Assembly (NCBI GenBank): GCA_964470695.1
Contig: CAYYDR010000001.1
Location: forward strand, 273,997 to 337,996
Length of the DNA: 64,000 nt
Direction of reading: 5' to 3'
Origin: an uncultured Gammaproteobacteria bacterium
GTDB lineage: Bacteria > Patescibacteriota > Patescibacteriia > Patescibacteriales > UBA12465
Part shown: one piece after another, positions 45,996 to 54,602 of the stretch
Layout of the letters: each line of letters opens with the position of its first letter
Numbering within the stretch: position 1 is the first letter of the stretch
Notes under the pieces: model-generated
Told to the model about the DNA's origin: nothing
Seen by the model: only the letters and a program-made list of their open reading frames with translations
Databases searched by the model: none
Made by a program: the position numbers and the translations under genes

Positions 45996-46496
45996 TTAGC
46001 TAATCTTAATTATTTTATAAATTTTAGTCCGGTCGGCCAGATTTATTTTTACTTCATCGCCGACCCGCTTATTGATAAGAGCGGCGCCGAGCGGGGAGTT
46101 ATGGGAGATAACGCCCAGACTAGGATTAGTCTCAGCGCCGCCCAAGATGCGATAGTCCTTTATTTTGCCTTCAGTTTCTAAAGTAACGAGATGCCCTAGC
46201 TGGACTCTATCGCTATTAGCGTCGGGCCGAATAATATCCGCATGCTTTAATAGATATTCAATATCTAAAATGCGCTGGTTAATGCCGCGTAGGCGCCCCT
46301 TAGCTAGTTGGTAGCCGGCGTTTTCCGAAAAGTCGCCCATGAGAGCAAGGCGTTTTACTTCGGCGGCTTCGCGAGGCCGTTTTACATTTTTTAGTTTATT
46401 AAGCTTGGCCACTAGTTCGGCATATTTTTCTTCAGTCAGGTTGGTATCTGGTTTAAGATGGGTATATGGGCCGGCTTTACGAATTGGTACCTGCAT
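45996..46496 (-). CDS. greA: Transcription elongation factor GreA
   Basis: 166 aa. N-terminal coiled-coil (LTEEKYAELVAKLNKLK...) with acidic tip residues (GDFSENAGY), and a C-terminal FKBP-like domain (ISHNSPLGAALINKRVGDEV). Confidence 0.9.
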   Translation of the reverse strand: MQVPIRKAGPYTHLKPDTNLTEEKYAELVAKLNKLKNVKRPREAAEVKRLALMGDFSENAGYQLAKGRLRGINQRILDIEYLLKHADIIRPDANSDRVQLGHLVTLETEGKIKDYRILGGAETNPSLGVISHNSPLGAALINKRVGDEVKINLADRTKIYKIIKIS

Positions 46497-46528
46497 AAAT
46501 ATTTAGTTACTCTTATCAGGGTAATTTA

Positions 46529-46537
46529 TGTTATAAT
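46529..46537 (+). promoter_or_regulatory. Extended -10 promoter (TGTTATAAT) 6 nt upstream of the ATG
   Basis: TGnTATAAT at 46529-46537; ATG at 46544. This predicts a leaderless transcript. Confidence 0.55.
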
Positions 46538-46543
46538 ACTATC

Positions 46544-47770
46544 ATGAAATATGATTTAGCGGTAATCGGCGGCGGTCCGGCCGGCTTAATGGCGGCGCTT
46601 AAAGCTAGCGAGTTAGGCTATAAAGTCGTCCTGCTTGAGAAGAATCAGCGTTTGGGGATTAAGCTGCTCATGACAGGCGGCGGGCGTTGTAATATTACTA
46701 ATAATATTCCGGATTATAGATTGTTAGCTTCAAGCTTTGGCCCATCGGGACGTTTTTTATTATCAGCTTTTAGTCGCTTCGGCGCGCCTGAAACTATTGA
46801 ATTTTTTGAAAGTCGCGGGCTAAAGACCAAAATAGAAAAAGTTAATCAGGTTTTCCCGGCGAGCGATAGAGCGGCTGACGTTTTAGAAATTTTAATTAAG
46901 GGGATTGAAGATTCGGGCGGCCTTATTATGAATAATAGCCCAGTCCAAAAAATTATTTTAGAGAAAAAAACCATTTCTAAGCTTATTATGATGAGCGGCC
47001 AAGAAATATCGGCGGCTAATTATTTAATTGCGACCGGCGGCTTATCATACCCTTCAACCGGCTCTACGGGCGATGGCTATAAATGGTTGCGAGAATTGGG
47101 GCACACTATTAAGTCCTTGCGTCCGGCCCTAACGCCGATTTTAGTGAAAGAAAGATTTGTTAAAGATTTAGAAGGCTTAAGTTTGGAAAATGTTTCTCTG
47201 CGGCTATACTATAAAAATAAAAAGATTGCTCAAGAGGTCGGCCCCATGATTTTTACTTCAGTCGGTTTAAGCGGTCCGGCGGTTTTAAATATTAGCCGCC
47301 AAATTGATCTCAGCGCCGGGCGTGATTATCATTTAGAGATTGACTTGCAGCCGCAGTCCTCTGAAGATAATTTAGTTAAAAATTTAGAAAAAATTTTAGC
47401 CGGAAATAATCGGTTGCTGAAGAATATTTTAGAAGGCCTAGTTTCGCCGCGTTTAGCTGAAATAATAATTACTTTGTCTGGACTGGATTCTAATCTGATC
47501 GGGAATTCTTTTAACCGTTTAGAGCGAGAGAGTCTGGTTAAAATTATAAAATCTTGGCGTTTTCATGTTAATTCGGTTGAAGATTATAGTCGGGCCATGG
47601 TTACGGCCGGTGGCGTTGATTTAAAAGAAATAAATTCCAGCACCATGCGCTCTAAAATAATTTCTAATTTATTTATCGCTGGCGAAATATTAGATTTAAC
47701 TGGACCAACCGGCGGTTATAATTTGCAATTATGTTGGAGTACCGGCCATCTCGCCGGATTTATGCTATAA
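46544..47770 (+). CDS. HI0933-like / aminoacetone-oxidase-family FAD-dependent flavoprotein
   Basis: 408 aa. DLAVIGGGPAGLMAA dinucleotide-binding motif and GGGRCNITN, characteristic of the HI0933 family. Confidence 0.85.
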   Translation: MKYDLAVIGGGPAGLMAALKASELGYKVVLLEKNQRLGIKLLMTGGGRCNITNNIPDYRLLASSFGPSGRFLLSAFSRFGAPETIEFFESRGLKTKIEKVNQVFPASDRAADVLEILIKGIEDSGGLIMNNSPVQKIILEKKTISKLIMMSGQEISAANYLIATGGLSYPSTGSTGDGYKWLRELGHTIKSLRPALTPILVKERFVKDLEGLSLENVSLRLYYKNKKIAQEVGPMIFTSVGLSGPAVLNISRQIDLSAGRDYHLEIDLQPQSSEDNLVKNLEKILAGNNRLLKNILEGLVSPRLAEIIITLSGLDSNLIGNSFNRLERESLVKIIKSWRFHVNSVEDYSRAMVTAGGVDLKEINSSTMRSKIISNLFIAGEILDLTGPTGGYNLQLCWSTGHLAGFML

Positions 47771-47790
47771 TGTAGATATAATTATCAAAT

Positions 47791-49458
47791 ATGGAATACA
47801 ATCTTTTTTTGCAAATAAGCGCTCTTTTAGCAGTCACGGTTGGAGTGGCTTTTATTATCCGTTTGCTTAAACAGCCCCTGCTAGTGGCTTATATGCTAGC
47901 GGGTATAATTTGCGGACCACTTTTCTTTAATTTTCTTCATGGCGGAGAAAACATGTATGAAGCCTTTGCTAATTTCGGAGTCGTCTTTTTACTGTTTATT
48001 GTCGGCTTAGAGCTTAATTTTTCTTATTTAAAAAAGATAGGCCGAACGGCCGTAGGAGCTGGCATCGCTCAGTTTATTTTAAATTTTGCCGTTATCTTTC
48101 CGCTCGCACTGGTTTTAGGTTTGAGCCAGTCCGGAGCGGCTCTTCTGGCCCTGGTGTCTTGTTTCTCAAGTACTATTGTCGTATTAAAGATTCTTAATGA
48201 TAAGCAGGACGAAGAATCGGTTTACGGGCGCTATACTATTGGGTTGCTTTTGGTGCAAGATATTATTTCTATTACCATTTTGATTATTTTAAGTCTGACA
48301 ACTGGAGGAGGACTCGTTAGAGGAGGTTTAGAAGAAATTGTGAAAGTTGTGTTAGTTATTCTTTTAGTGGCTATCAGCGCTAAGTTTATTTTGCCACGCT
48401 TATTAAAAGTTATTGCGACGTCAGGAGAATTTTTGTTTATTTTTACCGTGACTTGGTGTTTTTCGGTAGCTTCTTTGATGATGTGGAGTGGATTCTCTTT
48501 AGAAATTGGGGCTATTATTGCCGGATTAAGTTTGGGTTCTTCGCGCTATCATTTAGAAATCGCTAGCCGCATTAAGCCTTTGCGGGATTTTTTTCTAGTC
48601 ATCTTCTTTATTATTTTAGGCAGTCAGGCGGATTTTCGTGATTGGCGAGAGGTTGTGATGCCGGCTATTTGGCTGTCAATTTTTATATTGCTTGTTAAAC
48701 CATTTATCCTTTATCGTATTTGGCGGTTTTTTAATTTTACTAGGCGCAACAGTTTTTTATCAGCGATTTCTTCGGCTCAATTGAGTGAATTTGGCTTTAT
48801 AATTTTGTTTGCTGCGGCTGGAGCCGGCTATTTGTCTGGCCGGGAGCTAGGAATATTTACTATCGCGGCTATTTTAACGATTTTTGTTTCGTCTTACGCG
48901 ATGGTTTATGGTTATAAAATTTATGAAAGATTAACGCCCGTTTTTAATTTTTTTGGCCGGGATAATAATTTGCAGCCGGAAGATGTTCGGGAGAAGTTTG
49001 ACGCGATGATTTTTGGCTATCATAGAACTGGCTGGAAAATCGGGGAGGCGCTCGCTAAGCATAAAGTTAAATTTGCGGTGGTTGATTTTAACGCCGAGAA
49101 TATTTCTAAGTTAGAGAAAAAGGGGTTGCGTGTTTTTTTTGGCGACGCCTCCGATATTGAATTTTTGCATGCCCTACCTTTTGATAAGGTTAAGATTGTT
49201 GTTTGTACTGTCCCTTCGCCTGAAGATCAGTCTATTCTTTTTGAATACATCCGCTCTAAAAATAAGAAGGCTATTATCATCGCCTGCTTGTATCAGAAGA
49301 AATATCTTAAGCAACTTTACGCGGCGGGGGCCGATTATGTCCTTTTGCCGCATTTACTAGGCGGTTCTTGGCTGGCCGGCTTAATTACCAAGCATTCTTT
49401 AATCAGGCGTGACGCTTGGGCTAAATTGCGCCAGCAGCAGGCTCATGATTTAGAATAA
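47791..49458 (+). CDS. Cation:proton antiporter (CPA2/Kef-type) with C-terminal TrkA-N (RCK) domain
   Basis: 555 aa. About 12 TM helices, then a Rossmann-like MIFGYHRTGWKIGEAL...VVDFN domain. TATAAT (47777-47782) lies 8 nt upstream of the ATG. Confidence 0.85.
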   Translation: MEYNLFLQISALLAVTVGVAFIIRLLKQPLLVAYMLAGIICGPLFFNFLHGGENMYEAFANFGVVFLLFIVGLELNFSYLKKIGRTAVGAGIAQFILNFAVIFPLALVLGLSQSGAALLALVSCFSSTIVVLKILNDKQDEESVYGRYTIGLLLVQDIISITILIILSLTTGGGLVRGGLEEIVKVVLVILLVAISAKFILPRLLKVIATSGEFLFIFTVTWCFSVASLMMWSGFSLEIGAIIAGLSLGSSRYHLEIASRIKPLRDFFLVIFFIILGSQADFRDWREVVMPAIWLSIFILLVKPFILYRIWRFFNFTRRNSFLSAISSAQLSEFGFIILFAAAGAGYLSGRELGIFTIAAILTIFVSSYAMVYGYKIYERLTPVFNFFGRDNNLQPEDVREKFDAMIFGYHRTGWKIGEALAKHKVKFAVVDFNAENISKLEKKGLRVFFGDASDIEFLHALPFDKVKIVVCTVPSPEDQSILFEYIRSKNKKAIIIACLYQKKYLKQLYAAGADYVLLPHLLGGSWLAGLITKHSLIRRDAWAKLRQQQAHDLE

Positions 49459-49511
49459 AACCTGGTCCTTGTATTTATTATCTTTTCAACTCTTACTAAG
49501 CCCTGGGCCTA

Positions 49512-49545
49512 GTTAGAAGTAAATTGGCTAGCCGGGCGTATTATC
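49512..49545 (+). promoter_or_regulatory. Candidate ECF-sigma-type promoter (GAAG-N17-CGTA) upstream of the sigma gene
   Basis: GTTAGAAGTAAATTGGCTAGCCGGGCGTATTATC. GAAG lies 21 nt upstream of CGTA, and CCGG(G)CGTAyTATC is shared with 51093-51128. Confidence 0.4.
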
Positions 49546-49564
49546 TAGAAGTTACTATAGTCTT

Positions 49565-50158
49565 ATGGCCAATCAGGCGGATTTTTCGCAATCTAAAGAT
49601 GAAGAGCTAGTTAAACTAACCCTGGCCGACCGGGATAATTTTTTGTATCTTGTTAATCGTTATAAAAATCGCTTACTTAGTTATATTAAACGCCTGACTA
49701 ATGTTAATGACGATGACGCCGAAGATATACTTCAAGATGTTTTCATTAAAGTTTATTTAAACTTGAATGATTTTAATGAAAGTTTAAAATTTTCTTCCTG
49801 GATATATCGTATTACCCATAATCAAGTAATTAGCAATCATCGCAAATTAAAAGCCCGTCCCGAGGGCTATATGGCCAGTATTGATGATAATCTGGCCCAG
49901 AGTCTTTTAGCCGATACGGATATTGCTGCCGGAGCTGACCTGGGTCTTTTGCGTAAAAATATTTCTAAAATTTTAGATAGCCTTGATTATAAATATCGCG
50001 AGGTTTTAGTTCTAAAATTTTTAGAAGAGAAAAATTATCAAGAGATATCTGATATTATTAAGAAGCCTCCCGGCACAGTTGCTTCTACTATTAATAAGGC
50101 CAAAGAAGAATTCCGGAAAGAGATGATTAAACAAAAAATTATCCTATCAGTCGGCTAA
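49565..50158 (+). CDS. ECF-subfamily RNA polymerase sigma factor
   Basis: 197 aa. Region 2 (EDILQDVFIKVY...FSSWIYRITHNQ) and a region 4 HTH (YREVLVLKFLEEKNYQEISDIIKKPPGTVASTINKA). Confidence 0.85.
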   Translation: MANQADFSQSKDEELVKLTLADRDNFLYLVNRYKNRLLSYIKRLTNVNDDDAEDILQDVFIKVYLNLNDFNESLKFSSWIYRITHNQVISNHRKLKARPEGYMASIDDNLAQSLLADTDIAAGADLGLLRKNISKILDSLDYKYREVLVLKFLEEKNYQEISDIIKKPPGTVASTINKAKEEFRKEMIKQKIILSVG

Positions 50159-50197
50159 AAGCCAAAAAACAAGAATCTGAATATAGACATAAATAAT

Positions 50198-51031
50198 ATG
50201 GACATAAATAATTTTGACCAGAAATTGGTCAACAAAATCAAAGAAGAGCACATAACGCCCCGTCCGCGCTGGCATTTTTTATTAAAAGATTATGTGGTTA
50301 AATTAACGGGGATATTAGCACTCTTGGTTGGTGCCGCCGCCGTCTCAGTCATGATTTATCTTCTGAAATATAATGATTGGGAAATACGTGAAGAAACTCA
50401 TAAAAATATTTGGGAATTCTTTTTACTGACCCTGCCTTATTTCTGGCTGATTTTATTGGCTTTTTTCATATTTCTTTTATATTATAATTTGCAGCATACT
50501 AAACGCGGTTATCGCTATCCAGTCTGGTTTATTGCTAGCGCCGCTTTTTTGGCCAGTATAATTTTAGGTTCAATTTTTTACTTAGCTGGCTTAGGTGAAA
50601 AGATTGATCTCGTTTTAGGAGAAAAAGCGCCGCTTTATGAAAAAGTTATCAATCGTCATTTTGATTTTTGGTTTAATCCGTCTGAAGGTCGTTTAATTGG
50701 CGTAGTCTTGTTGAAGAGTAATGAACAAAGTTTTGTTTTACTTGATCCGAGCGGAACAGAATGGCAGGTTACGGCTAAAGAAGGTGATTTTCCGGTAGAG
50801 CTACTTCGCGTTCAACAGCCGGTTAATTTAACCGGAGAGATAACTAGTGATAATAAATTTACTGCCGAAAATATTCATCCCGTTAAGCCGGGCCGTGGTT
50901 TTTGGTCGCGTCCGCGGCCAGGGCATCCGAGAGCCTGTCAGTCAGGGTCCTGCCCGATGCGTCCGAATTTGCCAGGCGGCAATTTAAAGTCGCCATCCGG
51001 AGGTAATTTAATGCCAACCCCGCAATATTAA
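50198..51031 (+). CDS. Membrane protein downstream of ECF sigma (putative anti-sigma/sensor by position only)
   Basis: 277 aa, 4 hydrophobic helices. The C-terminal tail is rich in Pro/Gly/Cys/His/Met (GHPRACQSGSCPMRPNLPGG). No zf-HC2 motif is seen. Confidence 0.55.
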   Translation: MDINNFDQKLVNKIKEEHITPRPRWHFLLKDYVVKLTGILALLVGAAAVSVMIYLLKYNDWEIREETHKNIWEFFLLTLPYFWLILLAFFIFLLYYNLQHTKRGYRYPVWFIASAAFLASIILGSIFYLAGLGEKIDLVLGEKAPLYEKVINRHFDFWFNPSEGRLIGVVLLKSNEQSFVLLDPSGTEWQVTAKEGDFPVELLRVQQPVNLTGEITSDNKFTAENIHPVKPGRGFWSRPRPGHPRACQSGSCPMRPNLPGGNLKSPSGGNLMPTPQY

Positions 51032-51061
51032 AAAAATCGCCCGCGAGATCGGGCGATTTTT
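51031..51061 (+). terminator. Rho-independent terminator
   Basis: AATCGCCC-N8-GGGCGATT hairpin flanked by A6 and T5 runs. Confidence 0.8.
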
Positions 51062-51092
51062 AAATAGCACGTGGTAGTTTTTAAAACAAGGC

Positions 51093-51128
51093 GTTAGTGA
51101 AGAAAAAATATTTAACCGGCGTACTATC
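51093..51128 (+). promoter_or_regulatory. Candidate ECF-sigma-type promoter (second copy)
   Basis: GTTAGTGAAGAAAAAATATTTAACCGGCGTACTATC. Same GAAG-to-CGTA spacing (21 nt) and the same CCGGCGTAyTATC block as 49512-49545. Confidence 0.4.
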
Positions 51129-51193
51129 AAAGGTAGGGAGGTGAGATCTCAACTTAAATTAAAAAATAAATTAATAAATTAAATTATAAATAT

Positions 51194-51682
51194 ATGAAAA
51201 AGAACAAACTCATGAAAGGGCTGGTTGCTTTATCGGTTTTAGGGCTAATATCAGCCGGCGCTTTAGCAGCTAGCACAACTTTAGCCGCCTCTAATCAGTC
51301 AACCTCTAAAATTAATAGACCCGAATGGGCTAAGGGGCAGGGCATGAAGCGGGGAAATGCTCTAACTGAAGCGCAGAAACAGGAACTAGAAACTAAGCAG
51401 GCGGCGGTTAAGACGGCGTTAGAAGCGGGTAATTATGATAATTGGGTTACAGCTGTTAAGGCGGTCAATGCTAATGCCCCTATCTTAGCTAAGATAAATT
51501 CTACTAATTTTAACCGTTATGTAGAGGCTTATAAACTGAGAGTTCAAGCCGATGCTGTTATGAAGGAACTGGGATTAAATCAGGGTAAAGACTCATTCGG
51601 TTTTGGTAATCCGGGGGCTGGGCTAGGTCTCGGCAATATGATGGGCAAGGGCTGCGGGCTTGGATTAAAAACTCAAAATTAA
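51194..51682 (+). CDS. Secreted hypothetical protein with Gly-rich C-terminus
   Basis: 162 aa. Signal peptide (LVALSVLGLISAGALAAS), a helical middle and a GFGNPGAGLGLGNMMGKGCGLG tail. Confidence 0.65.
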   Translation: MKKNKLMKGLVALSVLGLISAGALAASTTLAASNQSTSKINRPEWAKGQGMKRGNALTEAQKQELETKQAAVKTALEAGNYDNWVTAVKAVNANAPILAKINSTNFNRYVEAYKLRVQADAVMKELGLNQGKDSFGFGNPGAGLGLGNMMGKGCGLGLKTQN

Positions 51683-51736
51683 TTTAGTTAAGAGGCTATT
51701 TAATTAGGCTAGGAAGATAAATAAAATAAAGTCAGA

Positions 51737-51769
51737 GCAAAAAACAGCCTTATATTGGCTGTTTTTTGC
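51737..51769. terminator. Bidirectional terminator between convergent genes
   Basis: 13-bp stem GCAAAAAACAGCC / GGCTGTTTTTTGC with a 7-nt loop. Confidence 0.8.
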
Positions 51770-51803
51770 TAATTAATATGAAGAGCTATATTTACTATTT
51801 GTA

Positions 51804-53192
51804 TTATTTTTCTTCTATTACCTTAATATTGCCAGTATACATGCCCATAGAGCAAGAGAAGGGAATATCACCTATTGTGCTAGGAGTAAATTCAATAATA
51901 TTTTCCCCCTTCTTCATAAACTTTTGGATTTTTAGAGAAGGAACAATAAGGGCGCTAGCGCAAGAATAGGGGGCTTGTGCATCAATAACCCAGCGAACCG
52001 GCCGCCCTTTAATAACTGTGAATTGATTTGGGGAATAACCGCGATTTGTTTCAATCATATTGATTATTTGGACCCTATTATTTTCTAAATCAGAATTATT
52101 TTTATTTGTCTGTTCATCCAAACTAGAATTATTTTCGGTAACCAATATTCCGCCCGTTGTTAGACTTATTAATTTAAAACCGTTCTGTAAATTAAATATA
52201 GCGAAAAGGATAACAATCCCGCCGGCTAGCTTAAAGAACCAGCGAGATTTTTTCTGGCTGACCAGAGAAACTATGCCGCCTATTCCTAATAAGCCAGGCA
52301 GAGTACCGATCGCGAAAAGAGCCATAGTCAGGCCGCCGTTTATAAAGCTGCCGCTATTTAAAGCATATATTTGCATGGCTTGAGTAAAGCCGCAGGGCAG
52401 GAAAAAAGTTAGAGCTCCGAGAATAATCGGGTTATTAGCTTTTATTTTTCCGCCTAATTTTTTTGGCAGAGAAAAATCTAATTTATTCAGAGCTGAAGAG
52501 ACATCTAAAAGTTTTAGTCCTAATATTAAGACAACTAATCCGACCACGACAGTCAGGATGCCATTAAAGAAAGATGATAGCTTAAAAGTCTGTCCGGCTA
52601 GACCTAAGACGCCGCCTAAGACGAAAAAACCTAAGACACGGCCCAGATTAAATAAAAGGTGGGGCTGAAATTTTTGAAAACGACTGGCTTCGGGATGATC
52701 TTTGGCGTAGCTCGCTGATAAGCTAAAGACTAGGCCTCCGACTAAGGCCAGGCAGGTTGAGAAGCCGGCTACTAGTCCGACTAAGGCCGCTAGTGATAAT
52801 GAGAACTCTCCTTTTAGCAATCCGCTAGCGTCGCCTAAAGGCAATTTTCCTATTAACCAGTAAGCTAAAATCAGGGAGAGAATGATGAGCGGCCAGTTAG
52901 CTTTTTTATTTTGAGATGGTAAATCACAATCAGGGGTGCCATTTAATTTTACCCCTTCTTCGTTTTCAGAATTCTTTATTTCGCCTTTAAATTTATAGCC
53001 GCCGTCTTCTATGGCTTGCTTAATTATTGCTAAATTTGGTTTGTCGCCTCGGTAAGATATTTCCGCTACTCCGTCGCGATGGTTAACGTTGACTGAAGTG
53101 ATATTAGGTAACTCGCCTAAATTTTGTTCATTTAATATTTCGCAAGCCTTGCAATGTAGGCCGCCGATGCGGACACTAATTTTTTTTGTCAT
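51804..53192 (-). CDS. HMA domain + CcdA/DsbD_2-like transmembrane domain + one cupredoxin-like domain (paralogue of 40306-42183)
   Basis: 462 aa from ATG 53192 (MTKKISVRIGGLHCKACE); the track start at 53204 is an alternative. Same GFSTCLALVGG, FFLPCGFTQAMQ and YSCAS...FSCSMGMY motifs as the paralogue. Confidence 0.75.
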   Translation of the reverse strand: MTKKISVRIGGLHCKACEILNEQNLGELPNITSVNVNHRDGVAEISYRGDKPNLAIIKQAIEDGGYKFKGEIKNSENEEGVKLNGTPDCDLPSQNKKANWPLIILSLILAYWLIGKLPLGDASGLLKGEFSLSLAALVGLVAGFSTCLALVGGLVFSLSASYAKDHPEASRFQKFQPHLLFNLGRVLGFFVLGGVLGLAGQTFKLSSFFNGILTVVVGLVVLILGLKLLDVSSALNKLDFSLPKKLGGKIKANNPIILGALTFFLPCGFTQAMQIYALNSGSFINGGLTMALFAIGTLPGLLGIGGIVSLVSQKKSRWFFKLAGGIVILFAIFNLQNGFKLISLTTGGILVTENNSSLDEQTNKNNSDLENNRVQIINMIETNRGYSPNQFTVIKGRPVRWVIDAQAPYSCASALIVPSLKIQKFMKKGENIIEFTPSTIGDIPFSCSMGMYTGNIKVIEEK

Positions 53193-53254
53193 ATATAAAA
53201 GCAACTTACCGGATTAGCATTAATCTAGTTTTGCCGCTGATAATTTTTGTAATT

Positions 53255-53527
53255 TTATTTAGAGGCTAACTTATTTACTTTTAATATTTCATCAACCATG
53301 CGCGCCTTGAGTTTTTCGTTCTTGGAGGCCATAGCATTTTTAAAACAGCTATTAAGATGACCAGCTAAGAGCATTTGGTGGGCTGATTTAAGGAGACCGA
53401 TAACAGCAAGGTTCTGCTGCATAATATCAATGCAGTATTCACCTTCTTCGGTCATTTGGATTATTTTTTCGGTTAAACTCTTGGCCTTTTTAAGATTAGT
53501 CAGGATGTCTTGTTTGTCTCTAGTCAT
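53255..53527 (-). CDS. csoR: CsoR/RcnR-family metal-sensing transcriptional repressor
   Basis: 90 aa. Helical DUF156-type pattern with candidate ligand residues C (EGEYCIDIMQQ), H (SAHQML) and C (HLNSCF) in the x-C-H-C arrangement. Confidence 0.8.
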   Translation of the reverse strand: MTRDKQDILTNLKKAKSLTEKIIQMTEEGEYCIDIMQQNLAVIGLLKSAHQMLLAGHLNSCFKNAMASKNEKLKARMVDEILKVNKLASK

Positions 53528-53550
53528 ATTTTTTAAAAATTATTATACCT

Positions 53551-53569
53551 ATACCCCAGGTGTTAGTAT
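53551..53569. promoter_or_regulatory. Candidate CsoR operator in the csoR promoter (ATACCCCAGGTGTTAGTAT)
   Basis: TACC-CCA-GGTG pseudo-palindrome inside ATAC...GTAT arms. On the minus strand it lies just upstream of TATAAT (53547-53542). It shares ACCCCAGGT with 39743-39751. Confidence 0.45.
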
Positions 53570-53714
53570 TAAGAATTATAGCAAGACTAACTGGCCGAGT
53601 CAATTAGCCGATTACCTTGCCTTTTTTCGGCTAATTTGCGATACTTCTATTAAGATGGTCGCCAGTTTAGGAATTTAAATAGCCACCATATATAATATAT
53701 TTTGTTAAATTCAT

Positions 53715-54464
53715 ATGTCTCTTTATCTTTATATTTTCGGTAGTGTTTTTTTAGTTTCCATCCTATCTCTTTTAGGAGTTCTTTTTTTGTCTTTTTCTAA
53801 AGAATGGCTCCAAAAAATTATTTTTTTATTAGTCAGTGTTTCGGCCGGAGCTTTGATTGGCGACGCCTTTCTTCATTTATTGCCGGAAATGGCGCGCGAT
53901 AGTCAGGATGGAATAGGCGCTTGGCTTTGGGTGATAGGGGGCTTGATGGTATTTTTTGTCTTAGAAAAAATTATCCATTGGCGCCATTGCCATATTACGA
54001 CTGGCCCCGATCATCCCCATCCTCTAGGCATTATGAATTTAGTTGGCGATGCCTTGCATAATTTTTTTGATGGCGTGATTATCGCTGGTTCCTTTGTGGT
54101 CAGTATTCCTCTAGGCATTTCCACTTTGGTGGCCGTAGTGGCTCATGAGATTCCGCATGAAATTGGTAATTTCGGGATTTTAGTTTATGCGGGCTATTCC
54201 AGAGGTAGGGCCATACTTTTAAATTTTCTTTCCGCCTTAGTGGCGATGCTCGGCGCTTTGGCAGCGGTTGTTTTTGCGGCTAGCCTAACTAATTTTACAA
54301 ATTTTATTATTCCGTTTACCGCCGGCGGCTTTATTTATATCGCGACGGCCGATCTAATTCCCGAGATGAAGAAAGAGACCGGAGCGGGCAAATCAATTTT
54401 GCAGCTACTCTGTATATTAATTGGTATCGCCATTATGCTCGCCTTAAGATATATTTTTGAATAG
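53715..54464 (+). CDS. zupT: ZIP-family divalent metal transporter (ZupT-like)
   Basis: 249 aa. HEIPHEIGNF signature in TM5 region and a His-rich loop (HWRHCHITTGPDHPHP). Confidence 0.85.
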   Translation: MSLYLYIFGSVFLVSILSLLGVLFLSFSKEWLQKIIFLLVSVSAGALIGDAFLHLLPEMARDSQDGIGAWLWVIGGLMVFFVLEKIIHWRHCHITTGPDHPHPLGIMNLVGDALHNFFDGVIIAGSFVVSIPLGISTLVAVVAHEIPHEIGNFGILVYAGYSRGRAILLNFLSALVAMLGALAAVVFAASLTNFTNFIIPFTAGGFIYIATADLIPEMKKETGAGKSILQLLCILIGIAIMLALRYIFE

Positions 54465-54490
54465 GGAAGACATTTATTAGTTTTACTTAT

Positions 54491-54518
54491 AAAAAAGAGT
54501 CAAGAATGGCTCTTTTTT
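54491..54518 (+). terminator. Rho-independent terminator
   Basis: AGAGTC-AAGAAT-GGCTCT hairpin flanked by A6 and T6 runs. Confidence 0.7.
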
Positions 54519-54534
54519 CTTTAATTTTAGCTGG

Positions 54535-54573
54535 TTGACAATAATATAGTTAATTGATAAACTATATTATTGT
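54535..54573 (+). promoter_or_regulatory. TTGACA -35 box overlapped by a 14-bp perfect inverted repeat (candidate MarR operator)
   Basis: ACAATAATATAGTT (54538-54551), N8, AACTATATTATTGT (54560-54573). TTGACA at 54535-54540. Lies 30 nt upstream of the MarR-family gene. Confidence 0.6.
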
Positions 54574-54602
54574 TTTATCATCGCCTTTAATTTTAAGAAA
54601 TT

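Noticed and set aside
45936-46181. Plus-strand ORF 45936-46181, and 51766-51969, 53430-53678, 63797-63991
   Set aside because: These are antisense to greA, to the HMA paralogue and to csoR, or (63797-63991) overlap a plus-strand promoter/SD/ATG arrangement. None has start-site support.
51133-51182. Strong SD-like GGGAGGTGA downstream of the second ECF-type promoter
   Set aside because: It is followed only by a possible 13-codon GTG ORF ending in TAA. There is no credible coding potential, though it may simply be leader structure.
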